Assembly (NCBI GenBank): GCA_964016885.1
Contig: OZ024742.1
Span: forward strand, 43,772,001 to 43,836,000
Direction of reading: 5' to 3'
DNA from: Eledone cirrhosa
Lineage: Eukaryota
Length of the DNA: 64,000 nucleotides
In this document: piece after piece, positions 57,958 through 64,000 of the stretch
Layout of the letters: each line of letters begins with the position of its first letter
Numbering within the stretch: position 1 is the first letter of the stretch
The notes under the pieces: generated by a model
The model's input: only the letters and a program-made list of their open reading frames with translations
The model's database searches: none
What the model was told of the DNA's origin: nothing
Program-made: the position numbers and the translations under genes

Positions 57958-60872
57958 ATATATATATAGACACGGGTGTGCCTGTCAATACATGTGTGTG
58001 TGTGTGTAAGTGTATACTAGCATATTACCCGTAAAAATATGGCACGGTTTATAGTAATAAATTATTCTATGTAAAGATGCTTGAATCCTCGATTATCATT
58101 AACCCTTCTCCTTCTGGTCACTCCGGCCATTGCCATATTTCATTTTGCATTAAGTTAAATCAGTTACAATAAATTTCTTTCATATTTTCTTTAATCATTA
58201 TCAAACATATATCCACTAAATTATGATGTCTTTGTTCTATCCATCCGTCCATCTATCTATCTATGTCTTCGACCTGCTATTGAGGATTATTCCTTTGTTG
58301 TTATTTGTTGTTCTTGACCGAAGGTAGATACATTGGTTAATATACACACCTATCTATTTAGATAGGTAGGTAGAGGGGCAGACATAAAAAGATAGACAGT
58401 CAGGCGAAGAAAGTGAGAGATAGGTAGACTGTTAGTATGTGTGAGATATAGACAAATAGATAGATAAACAGATAGGTAGGTAAACAGATTGACATACAGG
58501 TAGACATATAGATAGATGTTGTTTTTATTGTTCGAAGATAAATACATCACCATTTAACATCCATTTTCCATGCTAGCATGATTTAGACGAGTTGTCCTGT
58601 TGTGAGACAATTCAGATCAGCTGGAGGTATCTTGGAACAAATCCAATCCATTGCCCTGTATATATTTTTGTGTGCATGTCTATCCAGTTTTAGAATACGT
58701 AAGTAGCAACAAAAAGGATTAGTGTGAGAAAGGGCATCCGTCTGTAAAATACTGCCTCAAAAAGTCCAGTTCAACCCATGCTAGCATGGAAAAGTCGATG
58801 TAAAACGATGATGTCTCAGTTTTAGGTCTTCCCACACCTTAATGTGAAGGCAGCAATCTTCTGCCATAGTTCTCTCCTTACTTGTTCAACAAATTCCTGT
58901 ATGTCTGAGGTCCTCCTGGAATATTCAGTGCCAGGTATTTTTGTGCTGGTTTCTCCTCCACTTTCCCTGCACTTGTGTCCATGATGTTGAAGTATGCCAA
59001 GAAAAACTGTTGCAGTCCTACAGTATTTTTGTGTGGCTGGGACTTACATCACAAATGATTTTCTTCATTTGTGATTTTGTTTTTCCAGGTGACTTTCAAG
59101 ATTTTCTGCAGGCATTTGTACCTGGCTAGTACTGGTGTTGATTCTTCCTCTATATTTCTTTCTCATTTTCTCTCTCTCACTTGCAAATATTTCTCTGGAA
59201 GAAATCTGCTGTATTCAGACCCAGAGAGGGATGGGATCTACCAGGCTTTAAAATGCCTAAGAAATGCTGTATGCCACTACAGCGCCCCCACAACACCACC
59301 AAGAGTTATGGGAACATACTGTTGTGTGTATCCTGGATTCTAGAATAGTCACACCATATCCCTGTGTGTCAAAAGGCGACTAAAATGTTTGATGTCAAGC
59401 AAAGCATCCAGTTGTAAAACATTGTCACAGAACAACTTGTCCAACCCATTCCAGCCTCTATGCTTGGTGCTGGTGTTAAACTGGACAATGGATTAAGTCT
59501 ACCATGCAAATAGACTACAGCCAGATTTGAACTCAGAATGCAACCATAAAGCACATTTTGTTCAATATGAAAAGTTCATAGGCAGACCTAGTTATTCTCA
59601 TGGAATGACCATATGAGGTTTATTTTTCAACATAGTCCCTGGAAAGAAACAATGCAGTTATTAAGAAGAAGAGTTGAAATAATGCATGCAAGATTTCACA
59701 GCACTACCATCACTCCTTCATAAATAGCCTATAAACTTTAACCGTTTTTATACCATACTCTGAAATCACCTCTGGTTCTCCAATACAAAAGTTGTTTGTT
59801 GTAATATGTTCATATTTATCTTAAAACTAGCTGTATCTGGCCAGAATTCTCTCACCTCTTTCTGTTCAAACTAGACATAACTGGCTGCTCATGCTTATGT
59901 TAAGGTATTGTTCTCAAAATAAATATCAAAATCTCATAGATTCGATATTATATGAAATAATTATGAGGTAAAGCCTTTACTGTGAAAATACAATAGTAAA
60001 TATAGAGTAATGTAAATGCTAAGGGGGTTAAAAACAAAAACCTTCCATCATAATTTTATGTAAGAGTTTTGCTCCCAAAACACCAGATTAATAATCAGAA
60101 ATGTATTTATATTACTAATTCCCTCCATATTCTTGATTATTTTTATAGGCAGCGTCTTTAATTGATGGTTAATTTTAAAATTAATATTCAAATTTCTTTA
60201 ATGAATTAAGAACCTGCAAACTGTTAATCATATTACTATTGTAAACAGGTGCAAAGAAACTGAGAATTGGAAGGAAATATATTTGTTAATGAAATTTAAT
60301 ATATATACAATTAGTTTATTAATTTTTCAAATTTGCATTGGTAAAAATAATGGGTCATATTATTATTTTTAAAAATTGGCATCTGGAATATTAAGCTTTT
60401 CATTACTACGTTTCTAATAAAAAAAAAACACTGCCTATGATTATCCAGTAATTTTTAAAATAATAATGAATTTGGCAGTATTTAGTAATGTAACTAACTT
60501 TATCATTAAGCTCTTTGGAACATAATGTTTCTTACATAGAATTATGATGGAAGGTTTCTAGATAAATATAACACTCTAAACATTTTTTTAGTAAAATAAC
60601 AGTTTTGTATTGTAGAATCTAGGAGCAGTTTCAGCTGGTTTGGTATTGTGATTTCTTTTGTATCTTTTAATATAATGTTTCCTACATATCGACAAGATCA
60701 GGAATATTTGGGAAAAGGAACAGTTGATTATATCAACATTGACCCTTTAAATTCACTAGATGGAGCTTATCCCAATTTCATTGTCATTAAGTGACTGTAT
60801 CATCCCATACAAAAGTGTGGAACCTCACGGCTGTGTTAGAAAGCATTTCTTTTTCATTAGAACTAAAGTTTC

Positions 60873-60923
<51 letters not shown>

Positions 60924-61399
60924 TCATCATTGTCGCTTTAATGTCCGCTGCCCTGCTAACAAGGGTTGGATGCGTCCATGTAGACAAAATCCGTACTGAA
61001 GCAGAACCACAGCTCTTCCAAGCACTCATTCCATCGAGTGCATAGCGAAGGTTGTCATGCCTTTGACACAACTGAGGATCCTCCCAACTCTTTGTTTGGC
61101 AAGTTTTCTATAGCTGGATGCCCTTCCTATCACCAACGACTTTACAGTGTGTACTGGTTGCATTTATCTTGTAAATCACCAACACTAGGGAGGTTGTCGT
61201 GTCCTTGATACAACTGAAGGGTCCTCCTGACCCTTTGTTTGTTTGCTTGGCAAGCTCTCCATGGCTGGAAGCACTTCCTATTACCAACTACTAAGTGTGG
61301 GGTGGGGATTGAAATAGTGAGTTGAGAATAAGTGTTGGGGAGTGCTAATGGAAGTGAGAGGGTATGTCAGGTCATTTTGTAAGCGGTAGGTTGGGTCTT

Positions 61400-62165
61400 C
61401 AGAATTACATCGCATCAATCCTCACAATCTTTAGTAATTTCTGTTGTAAGGTTTAGTTTTCTATGGTCAGTCCTTACAACCTCATCCCATGTCTTCCTGG
61501 GTTTGCCTCTTCCACAGGTCCCAGCAGCTGGGGTTTCTCTGCATTTCTTTATGCAGCTGCCATCTTCCATGCACATCACATGTCTATACCTATGCAGTCT
61601 TCTCTCTTGTACATTACAATCAATTCCTCTTATGCCAAGCTTTTCCCACAGTTTGCTTATGTCACTCATGCACACTAACATTATACATCCATCGGAGCAT
61701 ACTGGACTCATTTCTTTCTAGCCTCCGCAGGTCTTCTATAGTGAAGGCCCATGTTTCACTGCCATGTAACATTCTGGTTCGTACACAGGCATCATACAGT
61801 CTACCCTTCACTCTTCAGAGAAAAGAATTTTGTTGTGAGCAGTGGTAATAGATCTCTAAACTTCTTCCTGCTTGTTCTTATCCTAGCTATCTCACTTTCG
61901 GCAAATTCTCCATCACTACTAATTTGATTACCTTGGTAGAAAATGCTGTCCACAACTTCTAGAGAGCTCCCCTTGGCAGCTCAGGGAATCTATTTCATGT
62001 GTGTTCTTTGTGCTTACTTCCCCTGAGCATCTTCCGCATATAAAGTCTATCTTTTGCGTTAATCTACCTGCAATCCCACTACATCTCTTGTGTCTCTATA
62101 CTTTACATTGTGTGCACCTTATGGAGTTTCTACTCACCCTTTCTGACATATTGAGCATGGCCATT
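61400..62165 (-). mobile_element. Decayed RTE LINE 3' fragment
   Basis: EKLGIRGIDCNVQERRLHRYRHVM..GRGKPRKTWDEVV. Confidence 0.8.
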
Positions 62166-64000
62166 TTCTTGATGATATCACTTTACTGTGCTCCATTTTC
62201 TCTAGGCTTGTCTTTTTGTTATGGTGGGATCTTGCTCTGGCTGCAGACCTGGCTTGTGGCTTCCAGAAGGTTGTCCTGTAGAAATTTCCAATTTTTCTCT
62301 GTCATATGTCCCCAGCTCTTCTTCCTTACTGCCATAAGCATCAAGAAGGATTTTTTCTAAATTTGTTACTTACAGAGGGTTCTCTCAGCTTCCATGTCTA
62401 CCTTCTCCAGATTGGGTTTTGTCTCTTGGTCCACCTTGCTCTTACTCTAATGTTGCTGACAACTAATCACATGTTGCTAGGGATTGTTTGAAAACAGGCT
62501 TAGAAATTCCCAATACAGTAGTAGCATAACTGAAGGCACGTAACTCTACATGCTTCAATTTGTGTTTGCGAAGCAGGTTCCACTCCTACTTTACATTTAC
62601 TAATTGCAGCCATTGTGCCTTGCTTTGCTGGAACTCTGCTAGACTGTTAGATGTGTTATGGTTGTTCCAATAGAAGTTCTATGTTGCAAAAGTACAAAAT
62701 GATAGACAAGCTTCAACTGGAGTTCACCTAAGATTTGAAGCCTCTAGGGAGAAGTCAGCTGAGAGGAAACAAACAATTTTTTTATGCTTTCATTATTGTA
62801 TTCCTAATGAAAGACATTGCCTTTAATTTTGAAAATAAAGAATTTATAGGGATTTAACTTTAATCGTGAGGTTGTGTGTTCGATTGCATTATGTCCTTGA
62901 GCAAGACGCTTTATTTCACATTGCTCTTTCTGCCAGGAGTTGCATCTGGTAGATAAGTATCAGTAATGGAAAGACCAACTGAAACATTGTTTCCTTGGTC
63001 CAATTTGACGAGTTCCACCCCACTTCGTTAGTGAATGAGGTCTGAGATCTCGTTGATCATTTCTTAGTAATATAATTGTTAAAACATTATTTAAAGGGTC
63101 TTAGATAAAAGTATTATGGAAGGTTTTTAGATGAATATGAAAAACAAAATAAAGTCTTATATCGGCGTCAGTTTCAAGCAGTTTAGTATCAAAAGGATTA
63201 CATTTAAATAAATTGCAGAAATTTCAGTTTTAAAACAAATTGAATTTATTTTCAAGTTTAAGTAAAATTTTTTTTTTTTAAGCTTATATTTTATTTTTTT
63301 AAAAAGCAAATCTGATTATGACAACTGAAAAAAATTACATGTCCAATAATTTATTTTTATTTTAATTTGATTTAAACATAAATGTCGGTCTTTCTTTTTA
63401 AATTTTAAACTGATGAAATAAATCATTTCTCACTCTAACCCTACCAAATAAACTAGAATTAATTTTTTTATCATTAAAATATATAAATTCATTAACTGGT
63501 ATCTACTCCTCTGATACCAAACCACCCAAAATAACCCTGGTTCTATGAGACAAAACCACTCATTTAAAAGGGTTCCTATCTGAATTATTTTCAATATTTT
63601 ATATAAGAATCCCTTATGTTACAAATACCTTCTTAATAATGAAATAATTAATAATTTTAGTAAATCCATGAACATTCTTTATTAATTAAAATAGTGTATT
63701 TCATTAGAAATATAATCATAAAGTGGTGGAGTGGCAAAAACTCTTATTTGAGCATAGTGTGCCAGGGATTAAGTAAGATTGAACTATATTTATTATGGAA
63801 AGGAAAGTGACTGATTGTCAGATCAGACCAAGGAAACTGTTTTCATTAGGCTTTCCATTACTGATATTATTTGAACTCAGAATACATGCAAACCAATAAG
63901 ATATTACAAAGACTCTTTAACAATTTTGCTTATCCACCACCTCGTATTTTATTTATCAACCCCAGAAAGATGAAAAGCAAAGTTGATCTTAGTGGGATTT

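Overview
AT-rich eukaryotic, repeat-dominated DNA with no recognisable host protein-coding gene. The SINE, RTE and microsatellite repertoire suggests a coleoid cephalopod such as Octopus (inference). Bases 1-28 kb and 57-64 kb are a mosaic of decayed RTE, CR1-like and R4-type LINE fragments, tRNA-type SINEs, mariner, hAT, piggyBac-type and Merlin elements, and Penelope-type terminal repeats, some with hammerhead-like cores. The centre (~29.2-52.7 kb) is a ~24 kb strand-asymmetric (TATG)n/(TA)n tract. It carries seven co-oriented, near-identical copies of a ~600 bp non-autonomous element: a structured RTE-type 5' UTR joined to an RTE C-terminal zinc-finger/3' hairpin end that runs straight into microsatellite. 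A GC-rich Neptune-type Penelope element (RT, GIY-YIG, hammerhead core, paired ACUAAC motifs) borders the tract. Almost all long ORFs in the supplied track are microsatellite translation artefacts. Boundaries of decayed elements are approximate.
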